From Candidatus Puniceispirillaceae bacterium (lineage in GTDB: Bacteria > Pseudomonadota > Alphaproteobacteria > Puniceispirillales > Puniceispirillaceae), in NCBI GenBank assembly GCA_049890115.1, contig JBMHCC010000002.1, forward strand, positions 4,789 through 68,788: 64,000 nt of DNA, in the 5' to 3' direction. Both the position numbers and the translations under genes were made by a program. A model generated the notes under the pieces. The model did not search any database, was not told where the DNA came from, and worked only from the letters and a program-made list of their open reading frames with translations. Position 1 is the stretch's first letter. Each line of letters begins with the position of its first letter. Shown here piece after piece: positions 19,398 through 30,143 of the stretch.

Positions 19398-20036
19398 TCA
19401 GGTGTTAAAAATCCTATCACCGGCATCACCAAGACCAGGCAGAATATAGCAATTTTCATTTAATTCACGATCTAACGCTGCTGTGATGATGGGGATTGTA
19501 GGATGCGCCTTGGCAAAGGCATCTACGCCTTCAGGGGCAGCCACAAGACAAGCAAAAACGATATCACTAACACCTTTTTCAACAAGCCTGTTTGCTGCCA
19601 TCATGGCAGAGCCACCAGTTGCTAGCATGGGATCAATCAGGATAACTTGTCGTTGCGCTAAATCTTCAGGGTATTTTTCATAATAAAATAGTGGCTCATG
19701 GGTCAGCGGGTCACGTTGCATCCCGATATGTGCCATTGATGCTTCTGGGCAAATGTCAAAAAAGCAATCTGCCATCCCATTGCCAGCACGCAAGATAGAA
19801 GCTAGCACAGGCGGCTTTGCCAGCATCTTGGTCTTCATATCTTCTAGCGGTGTGGTAATCGTCACAATTTCTGTTTCAAGGTGACTAAAAACAGCAGCAC
19901 TCATCAATGAGGTCAACGAGCCTAATGTTGCTTTAAATAATGCTGGGGATGTCGCCTTATCACGCAAAATAGCCAGCTTATGGGTAATAAGAGGGTGATC
20001 AAGAACATGAAGGTTTGGCATCATATCATCAGACAT
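19398..20036 (-). CDS. upp: Uracil phosphoribosyltransferase
   Basis: HPLITHKLAILRD N-terminus and PRPP loop ILIDPMLATGGS. The start is uncertain (in-frame ATGs at 20036, 20024 and 20021). Confidence 0.88.
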   Translation of the reverse strand: MSDDMMPNLHVLDHPLITHKLAILRDKATSPALFKATLGSLTSLMSAAVFSHLETEIVTITTPLEDMKTKMLAKPPVLASILRAGNGMADCFFDICPEASMAHIGMQRDPLTHEPLFYYEKYPEDLAQRQVILIDPMLATGGSAMMAANRLVEKGVSDIVFACLVAAPEGVDAFAKAHPTIPIITAALDRELNENCYILPGLGDAGDRIFNT

Positions 20037-20144
20037 TTTCAGATAGCTTTCTGTTACTTTTTTTAAGTTGTGCTGTGTGCTACCAGCTTTATCATAGGAT
20101 ATCTTCATTGAACGGTTTGGCAAATAGCTTATTGGGTGCGGCTT

Positions 20145-20723
20145 ATGGCAAAATTATATTTTTCTTATTCTGCGATGAATGCTGGTAAAACAACCATCTT
20201 ACTTCAGGCATCACATAATTATAATGAACGCGGTATGAACACATTATTGCTGACTGCCAAGCTTGATAACAGGGTTAGCTCAGGGGTCATTGCGTCGCGA
20301 ATTGGCCTATCATCTAAAGCGATGACGTTTGACGCTGATACAGATTTAAAAACCGTCATTTTGACAGAGCATGAGCGTTCAACATTATCCTGTATTTTAG
20401 TTGATGAAGCCCAATTCCTTACAGATGAACAGGTCTGGCAATTAGCCAATATTGCAGATGATAGCAATATCCCTGTCATGTGTTACGGCCTTCGAACAGA
20501 TTTCCAAGGTGAGCTATTTCCAGGGTCTGCCCGCCTTTTGGCAGTGGCTGATAATTTGCGTGAGATCAGGACGATTTGTCATTGTGGGTCAAAAGCCACC
20601 ATGGTGATACGCACCACTGCTGATGGTGATGTTATCCAAGAAGGCGATCAGATAGAAATAGGCGGTAATGATAAATATGTCTCGTTATGCCGCAAACATT
20701 GGGCAGAGGCGATGGGGCAATAA
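20145..20723 (+). CDS. tdk: Thymidine kinase
   Basis: P-loop [15 protein letters not shown] motif, and a C-terminal zinc ribbon (CHCG..CRKH). Confidence 0.9.
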   Translation: MAKLYFSYSAMNAGKTTILLQASHNYNERGMNTLLLTAKLDNRVSSGVIASRIGLSSKAMTFDADTDLKTVILTEHERSTLSCILVDEAQFLTDEQVWQLANIADDSNIPVMCYGLRTDFQGELFPGSARLLAVADNLREIRTICHCGSKATMVIRTTADGDVIQEGDQIEIGGNDKYVSLCRKHWAEAMGQ

Positions 20724-20760
20724 AAAACGGCCCTATAAAATAGAGCCGTTTCCTTGTTTT
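20722..20760. terminator. Probable bidirectional terminator between convergent tdk and proV
   Basis: AAACGGC-C-CTA-TAAAA-TAG-A-GCCGTTT hairpin (7 + 3 bp). It is flanked by an A-run on the left and T-rich sequence on the right. Confidence 0.55.
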
Positions 20761-20774
20761 AAGTGAGATGATGA

Positions 20775-21824
20775 TTAGCGATAAGCAGGGTTGCGTTCTG
20801 CGTCTTTTTCAGGACGTGCAATTGCTTGGATCATAGCATCTAACGTTACAGAGCCTATAGCCTTACCATCTTGGGTGACAATCAGCGGTTTATTGTCATT
20901 GGCTGTTGCAATTTGCAAGGCTTCTTCAATAACCGTTGAGACATCCACTTTTTCGCCTGAGCGTGGCTTTTTGCTTTCCATAACAGAGCTGACTTCTAGC
21001 ACTCTACCACGGTTGATATCTTTGATGAAATCACGCACATAATCATCAGCTGGACGAAGAACAATCTCTTGTGGTGAGCCCTGCTGAATAACAGCCCCAT
21101 CACGCAAAATGGCAATGTCATCACCAATGCGCAAGGCTTCATCCAAATCATGTGTGATGAAGATGATTGTTTTGTGCAATTCATTTTGAAGATCTAACAG
21201 CACATCTTGCATATCAGTACGGATAAGCGGATCAAGTGCCGAGAAAGCCTCATCCATTAGCAGGATTTCAGCATCTGTTGCCAAGGCACGGGCCAGACCA
21301 ACACGTTGCTGCATCCCACCTGATAGCTGAGCAGGATAATGATTTTCAAATCCAGCCAGACCAACACGTTCTACCCAATAAGAGCTTTTTTCAATCGCTT
21401 CTTTTTTGTCCATGCCCTGAATCATCAGGCCATAGGCAGCATTATCTTCGACTGTACGATGCGGCAATAGGCCAAATTTCTGGAACACCATAGAGGCTTT
21501 GAAACGACGGAAATCAAGCAGATTTTCATCACTCATGGCCAATACATCATCATTATCAATCACGATTTCACCAGCTGTTGGTTCAATCAAACGGTTAATG
21601 TGACGAATCAAGGTTGATTTACCAGAGCCAGACAGACCCATAATGACCTGAATTTTATTAGCCTTAATATCAATATTCACATCTTTTAGACCAAGAACAT
21701 GACCATGCTGTTCCAAAAGATCTGTCTTTGACATACCATCTTTGGCAAGCTGTAGGACAGACTCAGGGTTTGGGCCGAAAATCTTATATAGATTTTTGAT
21801 AGATACTTTAATATCAGACACCAT
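20775..21824 (-). CDS. proV: Glycine betaine/proline betaine ABC transporter ATP-binding protein with C-terminal CBS domains
   Basis: Walker A GLSGSGKST, signature LSGGMQQRVGLARAL, Walker B ILLMDEA. I trimmed the start to ATG 21824 (MVSDIKV); the longer track ORF overlaps proW. Confidence 0.9.
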   Translation of the reverse strand: MVSDIKVSIKNLYKIFGPNPESVLQLAKDGMSKTDLLEQHGHVLGLKDVNIDIKANKIQVIMGLSGSGKSTLIRHINRLIEPTAGEIVIDNDDVLAMSDENLLDFRRFKASMVFQKFGLLPHRTVEDNAAYGLMIQGMDKKEAIEKSSYWVERVGLAGFENHYPAQLSGGMQQRVGLARALATDAEILLMDEAFSALDPLIRTDMQDVLLDLQNELHKTIIFITHDLDEALRIGDDIAILRDGAVIQQGSPQEIVLRPADDYVRDFIKDINRGRVLEVSSVMESKKPRSGEKVDVSTVIEEALQIATANDNKPLIVTQDGKAIGSVTLDAMIQAIARPEKDAERNPAYR

Positions 21825-22704
21825 GGCCCCCTTCGCGGTGTTTCTGCAACCGCTTCCCATATTGTTGTGACACACGGTCAAAGATAATCGCCAGAGCCAC
21901 AATCGCCAGGCCATTCATCAGGCCAAGCGCTAGATACTGGTTTGAAATAGCACGCAACACAGGCACACCAAGACCTTTCACACCAATCATCGAGGCAATC
22001 ACAACCATAGCCAAAGCCATCATGATTGTCTGGTTAACGCCGGCAAAAATATTCGGCAATGCCAAAGGCACCTGAACACCCCATAGGCGTTGTTTATAAT
22101 TCGCACCAAAGGCCGTGGCAGCTTCCATAACCTCAGCATCAACAAGTCGGATGCCAAGATTGGTCAGGCGCACAATCGGCGGGATGGCGTAAATACAAAC
22201 AGCCAATAAGCCAGGAACCTTACCAATGCCAAGCAGCATCACAACAGGGATCAAATATACAAAAGACGGAATGGTCTGCATCACATCCAAAATAGGCGTG
22301 ATAATCGTCTGCACGCGGTCAGATCGCGCCATCAAAATACCTAGTGGTATGCCAACACCGATACAAACAAGCGTTGCGACAGAAATAATCGCAAGCGTTG
22401 CCATGGTGTCTTCCCACATACCGAAATAACCGATGACCAGGAATGCTGCAACAGTGCCGACAACAAGCTTCCAATTACGTGAGCCAAGCCAGGCAAGACC
22501 TGCTAGAACCGCAATAACAACAGGCCAAGGCGAGTTCGTCAAAAGCTTTTCAAACCACACCATAAATTGCAACAAGGGATAAAAGAATGCCTCTAGGGCA
22601 TCGCCATATTCACGCGAGAAGCTGCGGAAGCCAAAATCAATGGCCTTTTTAAAATCGCGCAGGTCACCGCGACCCATGGTCGGGAATTCATCAAAGAAAT
22701 CCAT
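21814..22704 (-). CDS. proW: Glycine betaine/proline betaine ABC transporter permease
   Basis: 296 aa membrane protein with a typical ProW/OpuAB core (MQTIPSFVYLIP). It sits between proX and proV. Confidence 0.88.
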   Translation of the reverse strand: MDFFDEFPTMGRGDLRDFKKAIDFGFRSFSREYGDALEAFFYPLLQFMVWFEKLLTNSPWPVVIAVLAGLAWLGSRNWKLVVGTVAAFLVIGYFGMWEDTMATLAIISVATLVCIGVGIPLGILMARSDRVQTIITPILDVMQTIPSFVYLIPVVMLLGIGKVPGLLAVCIYAIPPIVRLTNLGIRLVDAEVMEAATAFGANYKQRLWGVQVPLALPNIFAGVNQTIMMALAMVVIASMIGVKGLGVPVLRAISNQYLALGLMNGLAIVALAIIFDRVSQQYGKRLQKHREGGHGV

Positions 22705-22785
22705 AATCAGTCCTACTTAAAGTTTGTTAATGTAGAAAAGGCCTGCCAATTATTTGACAGGCCTCTTTCATTGTTTCTCAAGGCT

Positions 22786-23790
22786 TTATAGAGACGCCTT
22801 AATTTTGGCAGCAGCGTCTGCTGATACCCATGTTGTCCACAGATCTTCATGCTGCAGCAGGAATTCAACAGCAGCATCTGCACCGCCAGCCTGCTCGTCA
22901 CCCATGAATACCAACATGCCATTCATGACTGGACCAGGGAAAACACGCTTGTTCAGATAGTCAACAGCGATACCGCCCTTTGACTTAAAGGCATCTGTGA
23001 TAACAGTATGCACTTCTGAATGTGTCCATGAAGATGGCTTTGGATTAGCACAATCCTGTTCAGCCTTCACGATACAACCATCCCAGTTTTCAGAACCAGC
23101 CCATTCGCCCATATCAACAGGAACCATGCCGAACTTACCGATCATCGCTGTTGGTGACCAATAGTAACCTAGCCAGTTTTCGCCACGCTCAACAGCTTTT
23201 GCCATTGAACCGTCTAGACCAGCAGCTGAACCTGGATCAACCAAAAGCCAGCCCTTCTTTTCCATTTCGAAAGCACGGTACAGGTTTGCGTTTGCCAACT
23301 GACAACCCCAACCAGCAGGACAACCAACAAAAGCACCTTTTGATGAATCTTCTGGGTGTGGGAACAGATGCGGGCTAGCCAGCAACTTGTTAATGTCATT
23401 TACGATTTCTGGGTGCTTTTCAGCTGTGTGTGGTGGAACCCACCAGCCTTCACCAAGCTGTGTGATAGGGCCATCATTTACTGAATGCAAACGGCCTTCA
23501 TCCATCGCAGCGAATAATGGTTCACGCACAGCGTTAATCCATAGTTCGCCAGCAATATCTGGCTGACCTTTTTCGTTCATTGATGCAAATGTTGTTGTTG
23601 TTGCACCTGGAACTAATTCAACTTCACAACCATAACCTTCTTCAAGGATGATTTTGTCAACATTGGCCATCAATTCACCTGATGCCCAGTTCCATTCTGC
23701 AATAGAAATTGAACCACAATCAGCTTTTGCAGCATTTGACATTGTCAGTGCAACACCGACACCAGCCAAACCCATAAAAAACTTTTTCAT
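22786..23790 (-). CDS. proX: Glycine betaine-type ABC transporter substrate-binding protein
   Basis: Signal peptide and a Trp-rich binding-protein sequence (EWNWASG, GEGWWVPP, YYWSPT) typical of quaternary-amine binding proteins. First gene of proXWV. Confidence 0.82.
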   Translation of the reverse strand: MKKFFMGLAGVGVALTMSNAAKADCGSISIAEWNWASGELMANVDKIILEEGYGCEVELVPGATTTTFASMNEKGQPDIAGELWINAVREPLFAAMDEGRLHSVNDGPITQLGEGWWVPPHTAEKHPEIVNDINKLLASPHLFPHPEDSSKGAFVGCPAGWGCQLANANLYRAFEMEKKGWLLVDPGSAAGLDGSMAKAVERGENWLGYYWSPTAMIGKFGMVPVDMGEWAGSENWDGCIVKAEQDCANPKPSSWTHSEVHTVITDAFKSKGGIAVDYLNKRVFPGPVMNGMLVFMGDEQAGGADAAVEFLLQHEDLWTTWVSADAAAKIKASL

Positions 23791-24126
23791 TTTATCCTCC
23801 CAATTGGACTTTTATAATTGCTAAAATTAAGCAGATGATAGGGCAACAGCAATGTTCCCTAACCGACTCATATTGTAAGCATGTTTGTACATATCATGGC
23901 AACCGTAATTCTGGAAAAACTATCTCATCATGAAGAATGATGATTTCATTGTCTTAAATTGATTGGCTCTGCTTATGAAAAACCATTTCAGTCTTGTTGT
24001 TGCATTTTGACTATATTGCACTTTAGAACATGGCATAAGCATGTCATAATTTCGACAAATCTATGAACTGTTTGATAAGCTGGCTGCACAATATTAAATG
24101 ATAAATAATCGGGGAATATAGGTAAG

Positions 24127-24744
24127 ATGAAAAATTCTAAGGCGTTGATTTGCATTGATATTCAGAATGATTTTTGCCCAGGTGGCGCATTGGCAGTCAC
24201 AGAAGGTGATGCCATTATTGCCCCTGTGAATCAGCTGATAGAGCGCGCATCAGCCGCTGGCGATATGATAGTGATGACGCAAGATTGGCATCCAGCTAAT
24301 CACGCTAGCTTTGCTAGTCAGCATGATGGTCTTGCACCTTTTTCACGAATCACTATGCCCTATGGCGAGCAGACCTTATGGCCAGATCATTGTGTCCAAG
24401 GCTCATCTGGCGCGGCATTTCATGATGATCTTTTATTAGATTCGGCGCATATGATCGTGCGCAAAGGCTATCGTTCGATGATTGATTCTTATTCAGCTTT
24501 TTTTGAAAATGACAGAATCACGCCAACAGGGCTGCATGGTTTCTTGCAGGAAGCTGGGGTCAGCCAATTAATGATGGCAGGCCTTGCGACTGATTATTGT
24601 GTTGCCTTTTCAGCACTTGACGCTGCACATCTTGGTTATGAGGTAACGGTCATTGAACATGCCTGCCGTGCCATCGACCTTGATGGGTCACTTGCTAGGC
24701 AGATGTCAGCGATGAGCCAAGCAGGCATTCAGTTTGCTGATTAA
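24127..24744 (+). CDS. pncA: Nicotinamidase/pyrazinamidase (isochorismatase family)
   Basis: ALICIDIQNDFCPGGALAV N-terminus, DWHP motif and catalytic Cys context GLATDYCV. Confidence 0.88.
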   Translation: MKNSKALICIDIQNDFCPGGALAVTEGDAIIAPVNQLIERASAAGDMIVMTQDWHPANHASFASQHDGLAPFSRITMPYGEQTLWPDHCVQGSSGAAFHDDLLLDSAHMIVRKGYRSMIDSYSAFFENDRITPTGLHGFLQEAGVSQLMMAGLATDYCVAFSALDAAHLGYEVTVIEHACRAIDLDGSLARQMSAMSQAGIQFAD

Positions 24745-24754
24745 ATTTTGGCCA

Positions 24755-26248
24755 TCAGCCTTGCATTAAGGTGCGCTCTATGGCTGTTTGCCAGCCAGCT
24801 AGCAAGCTGGAACGTGCCTCATCACCCATATTAGGCGTGAAATGCTGATCAAGCTGCCAGATAGATGCCATATCATCCAAGGATGAAGCATGACCATCTT
24901 GCAATAACGCTAGCATGGCTGCGCCAAGGGCTGTTGTTTCAGCAATGACAGGGCGCTCAATGCGCTGATCGAGCAAATCAGCCATAAATTGCATCAGCCA
25001 ATTATTGGCGACCATACCGCCATCAACTTTGATGCCGTTACACGCAATGCCATCTGCTGCCATTGCCGCAATTAAATCATAGGTTTGATAGGCAACTGAT
25101 TCCAAAGCGGCTCTGGCAAAATGCTCAGGTCCTGTATCTCTGGTGATTCCATAAATCGCCCCTCTGGCATGAGGCGCCCAATGTGGTGCGCCAAGCCCTG
25201 TCAGGGCAGGTACCATATAAACACCATCATGGCTGGCAAGCGATGATGCCATAGCCTCACTGGCAGCCGCATCTGGCAGAATTTTTAAACCATCTCTCAG
25301 CCACTGAATAATAGCTCCTGAGATAAAGATAGACCCCTCTAGCCCATAGGTGGTTTTCCCATCTAGCTGATAGGCCACAGTTGATAATAATTTATTGCTA
25401 GAATGAAGGCGTTTTGTGCCAGTATTTGCCAGCATGAAACAGCCTGTGCCATAGGTTGATTTTATTGCGCCTTGGGCAAAACAAGCCTGTCCGATAGTGG
25501 CTGCTTGCTGATCGCCCGCAACCCCTAAAATCGGCAGAGATTGCCCTAGTAATTCTGGCAGGCTATCACCGAAATGGCTGGCACAATCACGCACCTCTGG
25601 CAATAAGGATTGGGGCACATTAAAAATAGCGCAGAGCCTGTCATCCCATTGTCCTTCATTGATATTATAGAGATTGGTGCGGCTGGCATTTGTGGCATCT
25701 GTCACATGAGATTTACCGCCTGTCAGATGCCAAATCAAAAAGCTGTCAACGGTTCCAAAACATAAATCACCTTGTTCGGCTCTGGCTCTGGCTCCATCCA
25801 CATGGTCAAGAATCCACGCAATTTTGGTCGCACTGAAATAGGGGTCAAGCAGCAAGCCTGAGGCCTTGGTTACCTCATCAAGCACACCTTGTTTTTGTAA
25901 TGTTTCGCAATGGCTAGCAGTGCGTCTATCCTGCCAGACAATAGCGTTATAGATTGGCTTGCCTGTATGTCTGTCCCAAATGATGGTTGTTTCGCGCTGA
26001 TTGGTGATGCCGATGGCCTGAACAGGTCGCTCCATTGTCTCAGCACGGCGCATCATTTCTCTGGAAACCTGCAAAGTTGTTTCCCAAATATCAGAGGGGC
26101 GATGCTCTACCCAGCCATCTTGTGGAAAGATTTGTTCAAATTCCTGATTGACCTGCCCTAATAAGGTGCCATCTGATGAAAATAGAATGGCGCGTGAGCT
26201 GGTTGTTCCTTGATCTATTGCAAGGATCGTTTTAGAGCTGTCAGACAT
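24755..26248 (-). CDS. glpK: Glycerol kinase
   Basis: 497 aa. ILAIDQGTTSSRAILF and GITNQRETTIIWD motifs of FGGY-family glycerol kinase. Confidence 0.95.
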   Translation of the reverse strand: MSDSSKTILAIDQGTTSSRAILFSSDGTLLGQVNQEFEQIFPQDGWVEHRPSDIWETTLQVSREMMRRAETMERPVQAIGITNQRETTIIWDRHTGKPIYNAIVWQDRRTASHCETLQKQGVLDEVTKASGLLLDPYFSATKIAWILDHVDGARARAEQGDLCFGTVDSFLIWHLTGGKSHVTDATNASRTNLYNINEGQWDDRLCAIFNVPQSLLPEVRDCASHFGDSLPELLGQSLPILGVAGDQQAATIGQACFAQGAIKSTYGTGCFMLANTGTKRLHSSNKLLSTVAYQLDGKTTYGLEGSIFISGAIIQWLRDGLKILPDAAASEAMASSLASHDGVYMVPALTGLGAPHWAPHARGAIYGITRDTGPEHFARAALESVAYQTYDLIAAMAADGIACNGIKVDGGMVANNWLMQFMADLLDQRIERPVIAETTALGAAMLALLQDGHASSLDDMASIWQLDQHFTPNMGDEARSSLLAGWQTAIERTLMQG

Positions 26249-26348
26249 TGTTTAATACTTTCGCTTATTCAGACCATTTTGGTTTTTTGTCAGTCATCAG
26301 ACCAAATATCTTGTAGGTGATCAAGCGCTTTGGAAAGTCAGTTTTATC

Positions 26349-27887
26349 GTGACAAAATTAGGACAGATGAAACACCCACAATCAGATGATAGCCAAGCTG
26401 ACGATAAGCCTCACTATGATGTTGTCATTATTGGCGGCGGTATTAATGGCTGCGGCATTGCAAGAGAGCTAGCTGCCAAGGGCTATTCTGTCTATTTGGC
26501 AGAAGCGCGTGATTTATCATCTGGTACATCATCATGGTCAACAAAGCTGATTCATGGCGGCTTGCGCTATCTAGAACATTATGAATTCAGACTTGTCAGA
26601 GAAGCATTGCGTGAGCGTGAGACGCTGATGAAGATGGCGCCTCATCTTATTCACCCTTTGCGCTTTATTTTGCCGCATTTGCCATCAATGAGACCGAAAT
26701 GGCTACTGCGTCTTGGGCTGTTTTTATATGATAATTTGGGTGGTCGGCAAAAATTGGCTGGCTCGCATAGCATCAATTTGAAACAAGATGAAGCTGGCAG
26801 AATTTTAAAGCCTGAATTCACATCTGCATTTGAATATTCAGATTGTTTTGTTGATGATAACAGGCTGACTATCTTAAATGCGCGTGCTGCCCAAAATTAT
26901 GGTGCTGTTATTCAGCCCTATAATGCGGTTCTTTCAGCGCAAAAAACTGAAAATGGTTGGCAGATTAAAACTGAAAAGCAATCCATCACAGCATCACTTA
27001 TCATTAACGCTGCTGGGCCATGGGCAGACCAGGTGCGCTCTTTGTCAGGGCGTTCCTCTAATGATAAAAAATTACGGCTTGTGCGCGGCTCTCATATCAT
27101 TACCGATAAAAAATTTGATCATGATAGAGCCTATATTTTTCAGAATTCAGATGGCCGCATTTTATTCGCGATACCCTATCTTGATGATTATACGCTATTT
27201 GGCACAACAGATGTTGATCATGAAGATAGTCCTGATGCGCCAGAAATTTCAGATGCTGAAATTGATTATATCTGTGCTGAAGTATCGCATTATTTAAAAC
27301 AAGCTATCACCCCTGAAGATGTGCGTTTTACCTATTCAGGCGTGCGCCCACTTTATGATGATGGCGCATCACAAGCCCAATCAGCCACCAGAGATTATGT
27401 GCTTGGCTATGAAGAAGACACAAATGATAGCTGGCTGAATATATTTGGCGGCAAATTAACCACCTATCGCAAATTAGCCAAAGCAGTGTCTGCAAAGATT
27501 GAAAACATCCTGCCTGCGCCATCAAATAATGAGGCTGGCGCTTCTTATCTGCCTGGCGGTAATATGGCCAATGGTGATTTTTCTGCCTTTCTTACCAGCG
27601 TGCAACGTGAATTCCCAACCATTGATGATACAAGGTTGCGCCGAATGGCCAAGGCTTATGGCACTGAAATCTATAGTATTTTAGGCAATGCCAATGAACC
27701 TGCTGATGAAGGTATTGATTTTGGTTGCGGGCTTTATCAGGCAGAGGTTGATTTTCTGATTGCACATGAATGGGCAAAGACAGCTGATGATATTTTGATG
27801 CGCCGATCCAAATTAGGCTATCAATTTAATGACCAACAGCGCCGCACTCTCTCAGATTATCTGGCATCTCATCCAGCATTAAGCTGA
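26349..27887 (+). CDS. glpD: Aerobic glycerol-3-phosphate dehydrogenase (FAD)
   Basis: DVVIIGGGINGCGIARELA FAD fold and SSWSTKLIHGGLRYLE motif. Divergent from glpK. The start may instead be ATG 26367. Confidence 0.92.
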   Translation: MTKLGQMKHPQSDDSQADDKPHYDVVIIGGGINGCGIARELAAKGYSVYLAEARDLSSGTSSWSTKLIHGGLRYLEHYEFRLVREALRERETLMKMAPHLIHPLRFILPHLPSMRPKWLLRLGLFLYDNLGGRQKLAGSHSINLKQDEAGRILKPEFTSAFEYSDCFVDDNRLTILNARAAQNYGAVIQPYNAVLSAQKTENGWQIKTEKQSITASLIINAAGPWADQVRSLSGRSSNDKKLRLVRGSHIITDKKFDHDRAYIFQNSDGRILFAIPYLDDYTLFGTTDVDHEDSPDAPEISDAEIDYICAEVSHYLKQAITPEDVRFTYSGVRPLYDDGASQAQSATRDYVLGYEEDTNDSWLNIFGGKLTTYRKLAKAVSAKIENILPAPSNNEAGASYLPGGNMANGDFSAFLTSVQREFPTIDDTRLRRMAKAYGTEIYSILGNANEPADEGIDFGCGLYQAEVDFLIAHEWAKTADDILMRRSKLGYQFNDQQRRTLSDYLASHPALS

Positions 27888-27961
27888 TTTTATGCTAGTC
27901 ACAGCCTGTTTTTAAGGCTAGATAAGGCTCAGCATTTATCCCCCTCATCTTATCAGGTCTT

Positions 27962-29788
27962 ATGAGTATGACAAACGCGCTTCGTAATATCGCCATTATT
28001 GCCCATGTTGATCATGGCAAAACAACCTTGATTGATAGTCTGATGAAACAAAGCGGCATGTTCCGCACCAATCAGCAAGTTGAAGAAAGGCTGATGGATT
28101 CAGGTGATCTGGAAAAAGAACGTGGCATCACCATTTTGGCCAAGCCAACCTCTATTGAATGGCAAGATACCCGTATCAACATCATTGATACGCCAGGCCA
28201 TGCTGATTTTGGCGGTGAGGTTGAACGTGTTCTTGGTATGGCAGATGGGGTGATATTGCTGACAGATGCTGCTGAAGGGCCAATGCCGCAAACCAAATTT
28301 GTCCTTGGTAAGGCATTATCGCAAGGTCTAAAGCCGATTGTGATCATCAATAAGATTGACCGCCCTGATGGCCGTCCTGAAGAGGTGGTTGATGAGGTGT
28401 TTGATCTATTTGTGGCACTTGATGCGAATGAAGAGCAGCTTGATTTCCCCATTTTATACGCCTCTGGCCGTGATGGCTGGTGTGTTGAAAATCTTGATGA
28501 TGAAAGAGAATCTCTGGCACCTTTGCTTAATCTGGTTGTCAGCCATGTTAGCCAGCCACAAGTTGATAAGGATGCGCCTTTTGCGATGCTAGCGACATTG
28601 CTAGATTCTGATTTATATCTTGGCAGATGCCTGACAGGGCGTGTCATTCAAGGGCGCGCTAAAATGAATGAGGCGGTGCATGCCTTAAATCTTGATGGCG
28701 CTGTTGTTGAAGCAGGCAGACTAACAAAATTATTGCGCTTTGAAGGCACAGAACGTGTGCCTGTTGATGAGGTTGAAGCTGGTGATATTGTCTGTATTGC
28801 TGGTCTGACTGTGGCATCTGTGTCAGATACGATTGCTGCGAAAGCTGTGACTGAGCCTGTGCAATCGACACCTATTGATCCGCCAACAATGTCTGTCACC
28901 ATTACGGTGAATGACTCGCCTTTGGCTGGCCGTGAAGGCAAAAAAGTGACCTCTACTTTGATAAGAGAGCGTCTTTTGGCAGAAGCTGAAACCAATGTGG
29001 CTATTACATTTCAGGAAAGTGACGGGCGTGATGCCTTTGAAATTGGTGGGCGCGGTGAATTACAGCTAGGTGTTCTAATCGAAACAATGCGCCGTGAAGG
29101 GTTCGAGATGACTGTCTCACGCCCTAATGTGCTATTCCGCCGTGATGAAGCTGGTAAATTACAAGAGCCTATCGAAGAAGTAACGATTGATGTGGATGAA
29201 GAATTTTCAAGCACAGTGATTGATGGGATGAATCGCCGCAAAGCAGAGATGATTGATATGCGCTCTGCTGGTGCTGGTAAAACAAGGCTATTATTCCATG
29301 CCCCTTCACGCGGTCTTATTGGCTATCAGTCACGCTTTTTAACAGCAACCAGAGGTACTGGCGTTCTGAACCGTATCTTCCATAGCTATGCTAGCCATAA
29401 AGGTGACATTCAAGGTCGGCGTAATGGTGTGCTTGTCTCAAATGATAGCGGGACTGCTGTTGCTTATGCGCTATTTAACCTGCAAGAACGTGGTGTGATG
29501 TTTATCAATCCACAAGATGCTGTTTATCAGGGTATGGTGATTGGCGAGAATTCACGTGATAATGATCTAGATGTGAATGTGCTAAAAGGCAAAAAGCTAA
29601 CGAATGTCAGAGCATCTGGCAGTGATGAAGCTACAGTCTTAACGCCGCCGCGCCGGATGTCATTAGAAGAAATGATGGCCTATATTAATGAAGATGAATT
29701 ATTAGAGGTCACACCTGATTCTTTGCGCTTGCGTAAACGCCACCTCATCCCGCATGAGCGCAAAAAAGCAGCACGTACCGCAAGCTGA
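27962..29788 (+). CDS. typA: Translational GTPase TypA/BipA
   Basis: 608 aa. G-domain AIIAHVDHGKTTL, DTPGHADF, NKIDR, with a BipA-type C-terminal region. Confidence 0.95.
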   Translation: MSMTNALRNIAIIAHVDHGKTTLIDSLMKQSGMFRTNQQVEERLMDSGDLEKERGITILAKPTSIEWQDTRINIIDTPGHADFGGEVERVLGMADGVILLTDAAEGPMPQTKFVLGKALSQGLKPIVIINKIDRPDGRPEEVVDEVFDLFVALDANEEQLDFPILYASGRDGWCVENLDDERESLAPLLNLVVSHVSQPQVDKDAPFAMLATLLDSDLYLGRCLTGRVIQGRAKMNEAVHALNLDGAVVEAGRLTKLLRFEGTERVPVDEVEAGDIVCIAGLTVASVSDTIAAKAVTEPVQSTPIDPPTMSVTITVNDSPLAGREGKKVTSTLIRERLLAEAETNVAITFQESDGRDAFEIGGRGELQLGVLIETMRREGFEMTVSRPNVLFRRDEAGKLQEPIEEVTIDVDEEFSSTVIDGMNRRKAEMIDMRSAGAGKTRLLFHAPSRGLIGYQSRFLTATRGTGVLNRIFHSYASHKGDIQGRRNGVLVSNDSGTAVAYALFNLQERGVMFINPQDAVYQGMVIGENSRDNDLDVNVLKGKKLTNVRASGSDEATVLTPPRRMSLEEMMAYINEDELLEVTPDSLRLRKRHLIPHERKKAARTAS

Positions 29789-29793
29789 TAACG

Positions 29794-30117
29794 TTATTGG
29801 CAGGTAATACAAAGGCTAGCAGCAGGATCGATCGCTAATCGTTTTGGCGCGATTGCCTCACCACAAGATAAGCATTCCCCAAAACTGCCATCATTTATGC
29901 GATTTAGGGCTGCTTTTAATCTTGTAATTCTAGCGCGGCGTCGGTCTTCTTTGGCAAGTTCCATTGATTGCTGTTGCATCGCATCCATGCGCGATAGCCT
30001 GCCAACTGATTGCTGATCTAATGTCACAGGCGCTCTGCTTGCTTGGCTGGTTTGGCTTATCTCTTCCAGCTCTGCAATTTCATCTTGGATTATTTTTTGA
30101 AAATCTGGTTTTGCCAA
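29794..30117 (-). CDS. DksA/TraR-family C4-type zinc-finger protein
   Basis: 107 aa. Coiled-coil N-terminus and C-terminal CLSCGEAI..(17)..CITC four-Cys finger. Confidence 0.8.
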   Translation of the reverse strand: MAKPDFQKIIQDEIAELEEISQTSQASRAPVTLDQQSVGRLSRMDAMQQQSMELAKEDRRRARITRLKAALNRINDGSFGECLSCGEAIAPKRLAIDPAASLCITCQ

Positions 30118-30143
30118 AAATCATCAATCCTTAATGGTTTTTG

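Noticed and set aside
21825-21914. N-terminal 30-codon extension of proV in the track ORF
   Set aside because: The extension (MAWRLWLWRLSLTVCHNN...) overlaps the end of proW in another frame. The conserved ProV sequence begins at MVSDIKV (ATG 21824).
28072-28647. 191-aa ORF antisense to typA
   Set aside because: This is a shadow ORF inside a highly conserved GTPase gene. Its Ser/Arg/Pro-rich composition is typical of antisense frames.
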